Positions 41,000 to 49,404 of a DNA stretch of 64,000 bases are shown piece by piece (the stretch's first letter is position 1; each line of letters opens with the position of its first letter). Under the pieces are notes generated by a model, which was not told the origin of the DNA, made no database searches, and was given only the letters and a program-made list of their open reading frames with translations. The position numbers and the translations under genes were made by a program. The stretch is from contig NZ_CP162102.1 of assembly GCF_042466665.1 (NCBI RefSeq), positions 7,595,022 through 7,659,021 of the forward strand. Reading direction: 5' to 3'. This stretch comes from Peterkaempfera podocarpi. Lineage in GTDB: Bacteria; Actinomycetota; Actinomycetes; Streptomycetales; Streptomycetaceae.

Positions 41000-41040
41000 G
41001 GGCAACTATACTAGACGACCGGTCTATTTCTGCCAAGCCC
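41000..41040. promoter_or_regulatory. Minus-strand promoter (TTGGCA-17-TAGTAT) with an AGACCGGTCT palindrome in the spacer, upstream of the TetR gene
   Basis: Same architecture and operator core (GACCGGTC) as the 39885-39945 promoter. Confidence 0.5.
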
Positions 41041-41089
41041 CGGCATCCTCGATGCGCTGCGCCTCGGCCTCGAAAGGCGCCGGGGCGAA

Positions 41090-42016
41090 CTACTGTCCGG
41101 CCGGTTCGGGGTCGGGTGACCAGGCGCCCGGACCGTGAAGGACGGGAAGGCCGCCGATCCCGTCGCTCAGTGCCTCGACGGCGGCCAGGACGGCCGGGCG
41201 GACTTCGCCGCGACGCCGGACCAGGGACCATGTCCAGTAGATCCGAGGAGCCACCACGGGGCATGCGACCAGATCCGGCGGCAGCGGATTGCTCACTCCC
41301 TTCGGGGAGTTGATGAGCGGCCGCCGGCTGCGGCGGACATGGTCGAAGAAGGCGGGCCCGGTGATCCCGCCGTCGGAGATGTGCTCGATGCGGACGCCGG
41401 TGTCACGGGCCAGCTGTTCGGCGTAGAGGTTCCAGGACGCCCAGTACGTGCTGTCGTCGTCGACCAGGACGGCCGTGTCCTCCGCGCGTACGTCGCCCCC
41501 GCAGTCCCTGGTGGCGACCGCGTGCAGCCGGTCCGCGCCTATCAGTCGGGCGTCGAGGTCGAGCCGGTCCAGGTCCCGGGCGGGCACCCAGCACGCCGCA
41601 AGGTCGAGGCTCCCGTCGGCGACGCGGGCGGCCTGTGCGTGGGAGGGGGCGATCCAGGGGTCGATGTGGACCTGGGCCACCGCGGAGGTGAGCGCGGTCA
41701 GGTTGGGGGGCAGCCAGTTGACATATCCGAACCGCACGGGTTCGGAGCCGGAGATCTGTGCGGCGCGGCGCCGCAGCTCCTCCGCCTGTTCCAGCAGCGT
41801 GCGGGCCTGCGGCAGCAGAGCGGAGCCGGCCGGGGTGAGCGCCACCGAGCGGCGGTCACGATCGAAGAGTCGCACCCCGAGGTCGCGCTCCAGGGATTTG
41901 ATCTGCTGCGACAGGGACGGCCCGGCGATCAGCAGTCGCTCGGCGGCGCGGCCGAAGTTCAGTTCCTCGGCGACCGCGACGAAGTACCGCAGTTGGCGCA
42001 GTTCCACGAGCGCCAT
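41090..42016 (-). CDS. LysR family transcriptional regulator
   Basis: Internal start MALVELRQLRYFVAVAEELNFGRAAERLLIAGPSLSQQIKSLE (LysR HTH). Confidence 0.75.
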   Translation of the reverse strand: MALVELRQLRYFVAVAEELNFGRAAERLLIAGPSLSQQIKSLERDLGVRLFDRDRRSVALTPAGSALLPQARTLLEQAEELRRRAAQISGSEPVRFGYVNWLPPNLTALTSAVAQVHIDPWIAPSHAQAARVADGSLDLAACWVPARDLDRLDLDARLIGADRLHAVATRDCGGDVRAEDTAVLVDDDSTYWASWNLYAEQLARDTGVRIEHISDGGITGPAFFDHVRRSRRPLINSPKGVSNPLPPDLVACPVVAPRIYWTWSLVRRRGEVRPAVLAAVEALSDGIGGLPVLHGPGAWSPDPEPAGQ

Positions 42017-42430
42017 GCTACGTGCGTGGGGAGGCGTACCCCGGCTGCGGGGAGGCTTCCTCCTGGCGGCGTCGGCCCGCGCGAACCGCCGGTGCCCAGG
42101 CCGAACGCCTTCGTCGGGCACCTTGCGGGAGGCGGGGCCTTCCCATGGCGCAGGGCCTCGGCCGGGGGCGCCTGCGGCGACGTATCGGAGTGTTCCGTCG
42201 CGGAGCTCTGCGCCTGTTGCGGTGCTTCTCAGGCCGTGGTGCTTCTCCGGCCGGGCTCGTGCGGATCGCTGCCGCCACTGCTGCGCCCCGAGGGCATCGC
42301 CGATGCCGCGGCCTGCGCCGTCACCCGGGACCGTCGGGTGGCCGTGAACGAGATCCCTGTGCGCGCCGCCGAGCAGACCCGGTGGCAGGGGGATGGTGAG
42401 GTCCGCCCGCGCCTCGGGTGCGCGAATCCC

Positions 42431-42490
42431 GTCACCGCTTTGACAGGTGACTGACGCCATGCCACTGTAGTCACCACTTGGACAGGTGAC
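42431..42490. promoter_or_regulatory. Two copies of the 21-bp motif GTCACC-N9-GGTGAC (gtcaccgctTTGACAggtgac; gtcaccacttggacaggtgac) upstream of ohr
   Basis: Read in sequence; a third copy is at 48240-48260. Confidence 0.55.
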
Positions 42491-42537
42491 GCCCTGGATG
42501 GTGAGTGCATCCAGGGGAGAATCGGAAAGGCATGACC

Positions 42538-42957
42538 ATGGCTGAAGCGCACTACACCGCCCTTGTCACCGCGACCGGCGAGGGCCGCAACGGCGGCCGG
42601 GCCGAGTCCAGCGACGGTGTGCTCGACCTGACCCTGGCCATCCCGAAGGAGCTGGGAGGAAACGGCGGGGCCACCAACCCCGAGCAGCTCCTCGCGGCGG
42701 GATGGGCCTCCTGTTTCCTGGGCGCGGTCAGGATCACCGCCGCGAAGAGGAAGCTGGCGCTGCGGAATCCGGCCGTCGCAGCCGAGGTCACCCTGCACCA
42801 CACCGCAGGCGACTTCAGCCTCAGCGCCGTCCTCCGGCTCACGGTCGAAGGGGTGGACCAGATCACCGCTGAGGAGCTCGGTGCCGACGCCCACCAGGTC
42901 TGCCCCTACTCCAAGGCGCTCGCCATCCCGGTGACCATCGAGGCGACCGTCGTCTGA
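42538..42957 (+). CDS. ohr: Organic hydroperoxide resistance protein, Ohr/OsmC family peroxiredoxin
   Basis: MAEAHYTALVTATGEGRNGGRAESSDGVLDLTLAIP...C-x...C. Confidence 0.75.
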   Translation: MAEAHYTALVTATGEGRNGGRAESSDGVLDLTLAIPKELGGNGGATNPEQLLAAGWASCFLGAVRITAAKRKLALRNPAVAAEVTLHHTAGDFSLSAVLRLTVEGVDQITAEELGADAHQVCPYSKALAIPVTIEATVV

Positions 42958-43105
42958 AGGCCGGCCGTCGGGGCCCGGTTGACGGATGACCGGCCGCCGC
43001 GGCCGAAGCCGCGGCGGCCACCCGCGCCGTCCTCGTCCTCGACGGGCAGCAGGAGTCACCACCGTTGGGAAACTCGCTGGCGAACCCGGGTTCTCCCGGA
43101 TCAGC

Positions 43106-43675
43106 ATGGGGCGCATGAATGACCAACCCGAGCGATGGAGCAGGGCAACCGTCTACCCCGACATGTGGGTCGACCCGGCCGACGACCCACGCAACAGCGA
43201 CGAGAGCAGCCCGGACGGCGAACTCGCGACGCTCCAGGACTTCCTGACGGGCTATCGCATGACCCTCCGGATGAAGTGCGACGGCCTGGATGCGGAGCAG
43301 CTGGCCCGCCGGTCGGTTCCGCCGTCGACGATGTCGCTGCTCGGCCTGGTCCGGCACCTCGCCGAGGTGGAACGGGACTGGCGGAACTGGATCAGCGACG
43401 GTGACCCGCTGCCGAAGCTGTACGGCGAGAGGGACGCGGACTTCGACGGAGCCGTCGCCGAGCCGGCCGAGGTCGACGCTGCGTACTCCGCTCTGGAGCG
43501 TGAGCAGGCCGCGACCGACGCCGCGCTGGCCGAGTTCCCGGACCTGGGCGAGCGTCCGGGGAAGGGTGAGACCTCGGTTCGGGAGCTGATGGTGCACAGG
43601 ATCGAGGAGTACGCCCGCCACAGCGGGCACGCCGACCTGTTGCGCGAGCGCATCGACGGACGGGTGGGCCAGTGA
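43106..43675 (+). CDS. DinB/DUF664 (mycothiol-dependent-isomerase-like four-helix bundle) family protein
   Basis: LQDFLTGYRMTLRMKCDGLDAEQLARRSVPPSTMSLLGLVRHLAEVERDW. Confidence 0.5.
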   Translation: MGRMNDQPERWSRATVYPDMWVDPADDPRNSDESSPDGELATLQDFLTGYRMTLRMKCDGLDAEQLARRSVPPSTMSLLGLVRHLAEVERDWRNWISDGDPLPKLYGERDADFDGAVAEPAEVDAAYSALEREQAATDAALAEFPDLGERPGKGETSVRELMVHRIEEYARHSGHADLLRERIDGRVGQ

Positions 43676-44356
43676 GGTCGCCTCGGTGACGGCAACGTCG
43701 ATCGACCGGGTTTCACCCTGAAGTCGTCGGCCACAGAACTGGTGCGGGTGGGATGGGGGCTCGTGCCGGTCGTGGGCGGCGCCTGCGGCGTGGGTCATCC
43801 TTCGGCGGGTGACGGCCGCAGGTGCCGTGCCATGTGCGATCGGTGACGATCCATCAGCGCATGGTGTCCGGCCGCAGCGGGACGAAAATGGGCGCCGCCC
43901 GGTGGTCCGCAGTGGCTACCACCGGGCGCCCTGTTCAGCGCTGCGGGCAGCTGCTTGAGCCGGGCGAGGTCGGCCGCAACGGAGGCTTGCGTCAAGCTCG
44001 AACTTGCTGCTGTTCATGCCGGGCCTCCTGCGCAGCGTGAAGACGACCCCGCTGCCGTCATCGCTGCCGTCCTCGTTCGCGACAACCCGCACAGTCGCCG
44101 GCCGCATCATCGCCGGCCCGGTCCGTCACTCTCCGCTGCGACTGCCGGCGCCACGTGCGCTGCGAGCAGCGCACGTGGCGACGAACCTCGGAATCACCTG
44201 CCGGCAGACGATCCACGCGGCGGACACCCGCCGACGACCAGCACGAGTACCCGCACCCCGGTGTGCCCGTCCCGCCCTGAATGCCCCCGGCATGGGTAGG
44301 CGGCAGGGCGGATCACTTCCGGTCCTGGGGGCTCCACTCCCGTCGAGGAGGTCGCC

Positions 44357-45223
44357 ATGAGCAGTCAGGGGCAGAAGGTCGCCGTCATCACCGGTGCCTC
44401 GCAGGGGATCGGCGCGGGCCTGGTCGCCGCCTACCGCAGGCTCGGCTATGCGGTCGTTGCCACATCGCGCGGCATCGCGCCGTCCCCGGATCCGCACATC
44501 CTCACCGTTCAGGGCGACATCGCCGACCCGGACACCGCCGAGCGCGTCATCGCGGCCGGTGCCGAGCGGTTCGGCCGTATCGACACCCTGGTCAACAATG
44601 CCGGGATCTTCATCGCCAAGCCCTTCACCGACTACACCAGGGCCGACTACGACCTGGTGCTCGGTGTGAACCTGAGCGGGTTCTTCCGGGTCACCCAGCT
44701 CGCTGTGGAGCGGATGCTCGAGCAGGGCGGCGGTCACGTGGTGCAGATAACGACCAGCCTGGCCGACCACGCCGACTCCAGGGTGACCTCCGTCCTCGCC
44801 TCGCTGACCAAGGGCGGACTGCAGTCGGCCACGAAGGCGCTGGCCATCGAGTACGCCGCGCGGGGCATCCGCAGCAACGCGGTCGCTCTTGGCACCGTCG
44901 CGACCCCGATGCACCCCGAGGGCGAGGCCGCAGCCCTCGCCGCACTGCACCCGATGGGCCGGCTGGGAGAGGTCGACGATGTCGTCGGCGCGGTGGTCTA
45001 CCTGGAGCAGGCCCCGTTCGTCACCGGCGTCGTCCTCCCCGTGGACGGGGGAAGAGCGCCGGCCGGTGAGCCCGCTCGCGGCTCGGCGGTGCCGATGGCC
45101 TCCGGCCGAGCGGCCGGTCCTCCCGCTGCCGCTGCCGTGCACGGTCCCGGAGGGTGCGGTCGCCGGAGTTGTTGCACCGGGGGCAGCGCCTGGAGCTGCT
45201 CCTTGATCCGTCAAGGGGGCTAG
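44357..45223 (+). CDS. SDR family oxidoreductase; the 3' end may carry a 1-nt indel in a G run near 45045 that would otherwise end the protein at ...VDGGKSAGR
   Basis: GAGGAGG RBS; VAVITGASQGIGAGL, NNAG, Y..K motifs; unusually long low-complexity tail after VDGG. Confidence 0.7.
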   Translation: MSSQGQKVAVITGASQGIGAGLVAAYRRLGYAVVATSRGIAPSPDPHILTVQGDIADPDTAERVIAAGAERFGRIDTLVNNAGIFIAKPFTDYTRADYDLVLGVNLSGFFRVTQLAVERMLEQGGGHVVQITTSLADHADSRVTSVLASLTKGGLQSATKALAIEYAARGIRSNAVALGTVATPMHPEGEAAALAALHPMGRLGEVDDVVGAVVYLEQAPFVTGVVLPVDGGRAPAGEPARGSAVPMASGRAAGPPAAAAVHGPGGCGRRSCCTGGSAWSCSLIRQGG

Positions 45224-45232
45224 AGTGGTGCG

Positions 45233-45703
45233 ATGTCATCCGAAGAGCCGCTGCGTCCCCTCGATGCGAACGAGGAAGCGTTCCTGCGTGCCCTGGGCCG
45301 GGTGATCCTTGCGTTGCCGCGTCTTGTCGACGCGGACATGGTGCGTGAGGCGGGGCTGCCGCTTTCCGAGTACACAGCTCTGCGGCACCTGTCGGAGACC
45401 CCGGAGAAGATGCTGCGGATGAGCGAGCTCGCCTGCGCCTGCGACCTCTCCCTCAGCGGGATGACCCGCGTCGTCATGCGCCTCGAGAAGCAGGGCTGGG
45501 TCGAGCGGGTCAAGTCCCCCGAGGACGGGCGGGGCTGGAACGCCGTACTGACCGGTGCCGGGCTCGCCCGCCTGGAGCGGGCCTGGCCGGCCCATCTGGC
45601 CAGCGTCCGACGGCATGTCATGGACCACCTGAGCGGCCAGGACCTCACCCAGCTCACGGCCACGCTGGAGCGCGTCACCGCAGACCACCCGGTCCGCAGC
45701 TGA
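45233..45703 (+). CDS. MarR family transcriptional regulator
   Basis: LSEYTALRHLSETPEKMLRMSELACACDLSLSGMTRVVMRLEKQGWVER (winged HTH). Confidence 0.75.
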   Translation: MSSEEPLRPLDANEEAFLRALGRVILALPRLVDADMVREAGLPLSEYTALRHLSETPEKMLRMSELACACDLSLSGMTRVVMRLEKQGWVERVKSPEDGRGWNAVLTGAGLARLERAWPAHLASVRRHVMDHLSGQDLTQLTATLERVTADHPVRS

Positions 45704-46055
45704 TCGCTGCCCCCGCACGAGTGGTGCCCGGGGGGCTTTGGTGCGGCCTTCCAGTGCGCATGCGCAGTGTCGGCTGTGGGCGCGCCTGGACGGTCGGCCG
45801 GTGGGGCCTGAGGGGTTTGCGGACGTCGCCGGCACGGAGCGTCCCGGCTGCCCCGACGGCGTCCTGCCGGGACCGCGGGCGAGTTCGCCGGGGGAGTCCT
45901 CGCTGTCGGACGCTGCGGCGCCTGTGGATGCGTGAGCCGGGCGATGGAGGGGTGCGTTCGCGCCCCCTCCGGGCGCTTCTGCCTGCCTGAGCGCCGTCGC
46001 GGCCGGGACTGCGGCCCGCTGCCAGGCCCCCCGGGCGACCCTCTTCCACAACTCC

Positions 46056-46117
46056 TCCTTGACGCGTCAAGGAGTCTGAGGTCTACTGGCGTGGAAGTAC
46101 TTGCTTGACGCGGCAAG
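46056..46117. promoter_or_regulatory. Perfect 16-bp palindrome CCTTGACGCGTCAAGG plus a degenerate second copy GCTTGACGCGGCAAGC 30 bp downstream, between the MarR gene and the FMN reductase-VOC operon
   Basis: Read in sequence. Confidence 0.5.
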
Positions 46118-46159
46118 CTTATTGCTCCGCCGTGTCGCCACATGAAAAGGGGCACCACC

Positions 46160-46720
46160 ATGACCAGGATCGGCATCATCGTCGGCAGCACCCGGCCCGG
46201 CCGCAACGCGGAGGCCGTCGCCCACTGGGTCCACCAGGTTGCCGCACAGCGCGCCGACGCCACGTTCGAGCTCGTCGACATCCACGACTACAAGCTCCCG
46301 CTGCTCGACGAGGCCTACCCGCCGTCGATGGGGCAGTACGCCCAGCCGCACACCCAGGCCTGGGCCGAGAAGATCGCTTCCTTCGACGGCTTCATCATCG
46401 TCACCCCCGAGTACAACCGCTCGGTGCCCGGCGCCCTGAAGAACGCCATCGACTTCCTCTACGCCGAGTGGAACAACAAGGCCGTCGGCTTCGTCAGCTA
46501 CGGCGGCACCGGTGGCACCCGCGCCGTGGAGCACCTGCGCGGGATCGCCGGGGAGCTCCAGATGGCCGATGTGCGCTCCCAGGTCGCCCTCTCGCTCTTC
46601 ACCGACTTCGAGAACTTCACCACCTTCAAGCCCGCCGACATCCAGCACGCCACCCTGACCACCACCCTCGACCAGGTCATCGCCTGGGCCGGCGCGCTCG
46701 CCCCGCTCCGCGCCAACTGA
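46160..46720 (+). CDS. NAD(P)H-dependent FMN reductase (flavodoxin-like fold)
   Basis: MTRIGIIVGSTRPGRN...IVTPEYNRSVPGALKNAIDFL. Confidence 0.8.
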   Translation: MTRIGIIVGSTRPGRNAEAVAHWVHQVAAQRADATFELVDIHDYKLPLLDEAYPPSMGQYAQPHTQAWAEKIASFDGFIIVTPEYNRSVPGALKNAIDFLYAEWNNKAVGFVSYGGTGGTRAVEHLRGIAGELQMADVRSQVALSLFTDFENFTTFKPADIQHATLTTTLDQVIAWAGALAPLRAN

Positions 46721-46795
46721 CACATCCACCAGGGGTGCCGCGCGGTCCGGCCGACGGTGCCCATGTCCGCGCAGCCCGTAGAGAGGACCGGGAAC

Positions 46796-47311
46796 ATGGC
46801 ACAGCCGCAGGGTGAGGAACTGCAGGCGCTCCTGGAGCGCCAGGCCGAACTGAGGCAGCAGTACCTCGTCCCCTCCGCGGAGCGGCAGGCGAGCTCGGCG
46901 CGGGGAGTCCACCACGCCGCGTTCATCGCCAGGGACGTGGAGGAGACCATTCTCTTCTACCGGGATGTCATGGGATTTCCGCTGGTGGACCTGGCGGAGA
47001 ACCGGGACTACCGCGGATCGACCCACTTCTTCTTCGACGTCGGGGGCGAGAACATGATCGCCTTCTTCGACTTCCCGGGGCATTCCCACCCGGAGTTCGA
47101 GGAGGCGGTCGGTGGCAGCCACCATGTGGCGCTGTCGGTCACCGCGGAGACCTTCGACGAGATCAAGGGGCGTCTGGACGAGCGGGGCCTCCCCTACATG
47201 ACGGTGTCGAGCGAGGTCGCACCCAGCCTCTTCGTGGCCGATCCCAACGGACTCAGGCTGGAGCTCATCGGGGAGCCGCTGGGACACGCCCTCGGTGAGT
47301 ACCTGCTCTGA
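46796..47311 (+). CDS. VOC (glyoxalase / bleomycin-resistance / dioxygenase) family protein
   Basis: GAGAGG RBS; HHAAFIARDVEETILFYRDVMGFPLV...HHVALSV. Confidence 0.7.
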   Translation: MAQPQGEELQALLERQAELRQQYLVPSAERQASSARGVHHAAFIARDVEETILFYRDVMGFPLVDLAENRDYRGSTHFFFDVGGENMIAFFDFPGHSHPEFEEAVGGSHHVALSVTAETFDEIKGRLDERGLPYMTVSSEVAPSLFVADPNGLRLELIGEPLGHALGEYLL

Positions 47312-47749
47312 CCGATCAGGGCGACATCCAGCGCCGGCGACCCGGGACCCGCTCAGCGGGTCGCGGGTCGCCGCCGCGTGTGCGCCCGGCGCCCTCGGGC
47401 TCTGCCCGGCACGGCCGGGTGCCGGTCGTCGCGGTGCCGGAAACGCGACGCGACCGCGCCGAGCGGGAGGCGGCAGGCCGGGTTCCGAGGGCCGGTCGCC
47501 GCCCCGGGGGAGTCCGTCGAAGAGCCCGCGACTGCGGACCGTGCGGCGACGACGAGGGCGTCGGCCGTGCCGGCCCCCCGGGTGGGTGGGGAGCGAGCAG
47601 TCGCGGTCATGCCGTCGGCCTTCACCGGCTGCGGGCATGCCGGGCCCTCGTGCTGGTGCGTGTGGTCGGGAGCGCCGCAGTGGTTGGTCCGGCGTGCCGG
47701 GACTGCGGTCGCAGCTCCCGCGAAGCGGTGCCGGTGCCGGGACGCGTCC

Positions 47750-47778
47750 GGCCCGCTCCGAGCAGCTCGGAGCGGGCC
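47750..47778. terminator. Perfect 14-bp stem hairpin 26 nt after the stop of the minus-strand 28-aa ORF
   Basis: ggcccgctccgagc-a-gctcggagcgggcc. Confidence 0.5.
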
Positions 47779-47803
47779 GGTGCGGCCGGTGCTTGGCCGG
47801 TGG

Positions 47804-47890
47804 TCAGAACACCTGGGCGTAACAGCCCAGGGAGACGGCCAGGGCGAGTACCGCGAGTGACACGGCCAGGAGGGGTTTGGGTATACGCAT
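47804..47890 (-). CDS. 28-aa hydrophobic peptide MRIPKPLLAVSLAVLALAVSLGCYAQVF (single TM segment)
   Basis: ATG with GGAGAG RBS 7 nt upstream; 33 nt downstream of the preceding small ORF; followed by the hairpin terminator. Confidence 0.45.
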   Translation of the reverse strand: MRIPKPLLAVSLAVLALAVSLGCYAQVF

Positions 47891-47919
47891 GGGAACTCTC
47901 CAGAGGGTGGAGGACGGGC

Positions 47920-48096
47920 TCACAGGCAGTAGCGGACGAGCCACTCGTCGGAGTTGTAGGTGTCTCGCGCCGGATCGGGCACCGTCGCGGCCTGCTCCTC
48001 GACCATCTCCTCGGGGCGGATGCGCTCCGGCAGTCTGCCGAATCGGGCGCGGCGGGCCGCCTCGGCAGCCTCGGAGGTGTTCTGTGCAGACCGCAT
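47920..48096 (-). CDS. 58-aa hydrophilic protein MRSAQNTSEAAEAARRARFGRLPERIRPEEMVEEQAATVPDPARDTYNSDEWLVRYCL
   Basis: ATG with GAGGAGACG RBS; below the ORF-track size cutoff; found by reverse-strand translation. Confidence 0.45.
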   Translation of the reverse strand: MRSAQNTSEAAEAARRARFGRLPERIRPEEMVEEQAATVPDPARDTYNSDEWLVRYCL

Positions 48097-48239
48097 CGCA
48101 TCGTCTCCTCAGCGCTTCGGCGGCGGGACGGTCCGGCCGGCCGGCGGGGGTGGTGTGGGGCTGCGCTTTCGCGGGTGACCTCACAGCGGGGCACTCGGTG
48201 GCCCGGATGCCCGTTTCATCTGAGAGTGCTCCCCCATTC

Positions 48240-48260
48240 GTCACCTGTCAAGGAGGTGAC
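48240..48260. promoter_or_regulatory. Third copy of GTCACC-N9-GGTGAC, with TTGACA on the minus strand, about 145 bp upstream of the small two-ORF operon
   Basis: gtcacctgtcaaggaggtgac; its reverse complement gtcacctccTTGACAggtgac matches the ohr-upstream copies. Confidence 0.55.
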
Positions 48261-48498
48261 GTATGGCGACCGACTCAACGGCGAGGCGTCACCCCCCGCT
48301 CTGTTGAGACATGGGGGCGCTGCTGCCCGCGTGTGGGGGAACTCTGTGCGGCGGGCCGCCGGAATTCCCCGGGCCGGGTCCGTCGAGAACCCGTTCCGGA
48401 CAGCGGAGCTTCCCTGTCCGTCGTCGCGGCAGGGGGGCGCCGGCGGCGCCTTTCGGGCGCTGGGCGGCGACGAGGTCTGCCGCTGTGCGGGTCGGGCG

Positions 48499-49149
48499 TC
48501 AGGCCCGAGCGGCCGTGCGGCTCTCCCATGCCTGCTTCAGCGCCTGGGAGTAGAGCTCGAAGGGCTGCAGCCCGGCCATGCCGTACTTCTGGTCCAGGAC
48601 GAAGAACGGGACGCCGCCGGCGCCCAGTTCGGCGGCTCGCCGCTCGTCCGTCCGTACGTCTGCCGCGTACGCGCGTGAGTCGGCGAGGACCCTGCGTGCC
48701 GCGCTCTCCTCCAGGCCCACCTCCACCGCCAGCGCGACCAGGGTCTCCGTGTCGTAGATGGACCGCTCGTCCGCGAAGTTCACCTGGAAGGCGCGCTCCA
48801 TCAGTCCGGCCTGGAGGCCCTGGCTCTTGGCGAAGTGCAGCAGGCGGTGGAGGTCGAAGGTGTTGCCGTGGACGCGTCCTCCGACGCGGTAGCCGAGTCC
48901 CTCGGAGCGTGCCGCGGTGGCGGCCTGCTCCTCGCGGGCTGTCTGCTGCTCGCGGGTGCGCCCGTACTGGGCGGCGACGGCTTCGATGATGGGTGTGTTG
49001 CGGGACTCGGCCTCGGGGTTGAGCTCGAACGACCGGTGGACCACCTCGACCTGGTCCCGGTGCTCGAAGGCCGCGAGTGCCCGTGCGAAACGGGCTCGGC
49101 CGATGTAGCACCAGGGGCAGGCGATGTCGGTCCAGATCTCGACGCGCAT
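48499..49149 (-). CDS. DsbA/FrnE-like thiol-disulfide oxidoreductase (thioredoxin fold, CPWC active site)
   Basis: AAGGAG RBS; MRVEIWTDIACPWCYIG. Confidence 0.75.
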   Translation of the reverse strand: MRVEIWTDIACPWCYIGRARFARALAAFEHRDQVEVVHRSFELNPEAESRNTPIIEAVAAQYGRTREQQTAREEQAATAARSEGLGYRVGGRVHGNTFDLHRLLHFAKSQGLQAGLMERAFQVNFADERSIYDTETLVALAVEVGLEESAARRVLADSRAYAADVRTDERRAAELGAGGVPFFVLDQKYGMAGLQPFELYSQALKQAWESRTAARA

Positions 49150-49404
49150 GAGTCGGTGTCTCCTTGGTGGCGAGGGCCGCAGGGGCCGCCGGATAGTCGG
49201 TCGGTCCACTATAGGCGACCGACCATCTATAGCGACGCCCGGCGTGGACGGCGCCGGTGGGCGTGATCGCGCCTTGCGTGAGGTGATCGCATTGGCCAAG
49301 GCCCGGCGCCCGGGCGACCGGGGGTGGCGCCCGAACGGTGGAGGCCGGAGCGGTTGCCGGGCGGCCTGCTTGCCCCGCACTCCGTCACCAGCCAAGATGG
49401 TGAC

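Noticed and set aside
39926-41005. 359-aa Pro/Ser/Thr-rich ORF on the minus strand
   Set aside because: It is the out-of-frame reading of the C-ending-codon TetR gene; the TetR frame has a clear HTH.
47804-47890. Possible lipobox (SLGC) in the 28-aa peptide
   Set aside because: The -3 position is Ser rather than L/V/I, and the mature lipopeptide would be only 6 residues; it is treated as a single-TM peptide instead.
47877-48989. 370-aa ORF on the + strand and 14-aa ORF after AAGGAGGTGAC at 48250
   Set aside because: Nonsense composition. The AAGGAGG string is part of the GTCACC-N9-GGTGAC palindrome, not a credible RBS for a real gene.
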